This document shows positions 63,450 to 64,000 of a DNA stretch of 64,000 bases, in pieces; position 1 is the stretch's first letter; each line of letters begins with the position of its first letter. The stretch spans positions 5,310 through 69,309 of the forward strand of contig LCHW01000002.1 of NCBI GenBank assembly GCA_001000675.1, written 5' to 3'. The notes under the pieces were generated by a model. The model was not told the origin of the DNA. It saw nothing but the letters and a program-made list of their open reading frames with translations, and ran no database searches. Both the position numbers and the translations under genes were made by a program. The stretch comes from Candidatus Wolfebacteria bacterium GW2011_GWE2_44_13 (lineage in GTDB: Bacteria; Patescibacteriota; Minisyncoccia; UBA6257; UBA9933).

Positions 63450-64000
63450 ATGCAGTTAACGAAACAGGAGTTTGTCCTCGACGTTGCAGGAAAGCCATTC
63501 ACATTGACGGTGTCAGATTTGGCTAACCAAGCAAATGCTTCGGCTATCGGATCATATGGCGACACAGTCGTGCTTGTTACCGCGGTTATCGGTTCACAAG
63601 ACCGACCAACAGATTTTTTCCCACTCACTGTTGATTACGAGGAGCGGTTTTATGCTGCAGGAAAGATTCTTGGCAGCCGATTTATGCGCCGCGAAGGAAG
63701 GCCGTCCGATGAAGCAGTTCTTTCTGGACGCTTAATCGACCGCGCTATCCGACCGTTGTTTAATCATGACTTACGCCGCGATGTGCAGATTGTTATTACA
63801 ATTTTGTCTTATGACGGAGAGAACGATCCAGACTTCGTTGCATTTTTGACCGCATCGTCTGTATTGATGATGTCTGATATTCCGTGGAACGGACCTATCG
63901 GGGGTGTGCGATTGGCAAAGACAAAAGATGGCGAGTTTATCTTGAATCCAGAGAATTCAAAAGTAGAAGATAAAACAAAGCTTGCATACGAAGCGTTTAT
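63450..64000 (+). CDS. pnp: polynucleotide phosphorylase, 5' partial (continues beyond the window)
   Basis: The open frame from ATG 63450 reads MQLTKQEFVLDVAGKPFTLTVSDLANQANASAIGSYGDTVVLVTAV...DFFPLTVDYEERFYAAGKILGSRFMRREGRPSDEAVLSGRLIDRAIRPLF, the PNPase N-terminal RNase PH domain. Confidence 0.85.
   Translation, partial: MQLTKQEFVLDVAGKPFTLTVSDLANQANASAIGSYGDTVVLVTAVIGSQDRPTDFFPLTVDYEERFYAAGKILGSRFMRREGRPSDEAVLSGRLIDRAIRPLFNHDLRRDVQIVITILSYDGENDPDFVAFLTASSVLMMSDIPWNGPIGGVRLAKTKDGEFILNPENSKVEDKTKLAYEAF

Overview
The window is a low-GC (about 40%) bacterial chromosomal segment with an unusually dense accessory core between about 21 kb and 47.6 kb. Terminator style, TM-anchored binding proteins and gene content suggest an uncultivated small-genome lineage, but taxonomy cannot be fixed from the sequence. 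Coordinates of non-CDS features were hand-indexed and may be off by 1-2 nt.

Housekeeping genes on the flanks: gyrA, rpsA, an RluA-type pseudouridine synthase, rplS, cobO, a split comEC, aspS, ndk, rpmB, metG, tatD, uppP, gatC-gatA, holA, trmD, rpsO, the 5' end of pnp, and two tRNA-Leu genes.

The accessory core is an array of ten paralogous LivK-type (branched-chain amino-acid family) substrate-binding protein genes. Nearly every one is paired with its own divergently transcribed TrmB-family regulator (8 copies). One cassette instead carries a tandem-duplicated Lrp/AsnC regulator. Only one set of ABC transporter core genes is present, and it is scattered through the array: livH-livM after SBP4, livG after SBP5, livF at the far end. 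Each trmB start is preceded by a related but distinct palindrome (TGTCGA/CGACA, TGACG/CGTCA, GTGACG/CGTCAC and similar), which I read as cognate operators. The array also contains a decayed trmB 3' fragment, duplicated near-identical bidirectional terminators, and an inserted toxin-antitoxin module (HTH-XRE + Panacea-like antitoxin, RelE/ParE-like toxin).

Other notable elements:
- A 60-bp REP/MITE-like palindromic element (GTCATTCCCGCGGAGGCGGGAATCCAG ... GATTCCCGCCTCCGCGGGAATGAC) in five full or half copies. One half copy sits exactly at the junction where comEC is split into two ORFs.
- A 38-bp perfect palindrome present twice, flanking a wHTH + Cas2-like (PaaX-like) gene.
- A 65-bp repeat present twice, each copy sandwiched between hairpin-T structures; this is a candidate sRNA or attenuator.
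- Three tandem VirB2/TrbC-like small membrane proteins.
- A free-standing LAGLIDADG homing endonuclease next to tRNA-Leu.
- Two NYN-domain proteins.
- Several short GC-rich islets (55-60% GC) encoding secreted or membrane hypothetical proteins, including an OMP-like beta-barrel.
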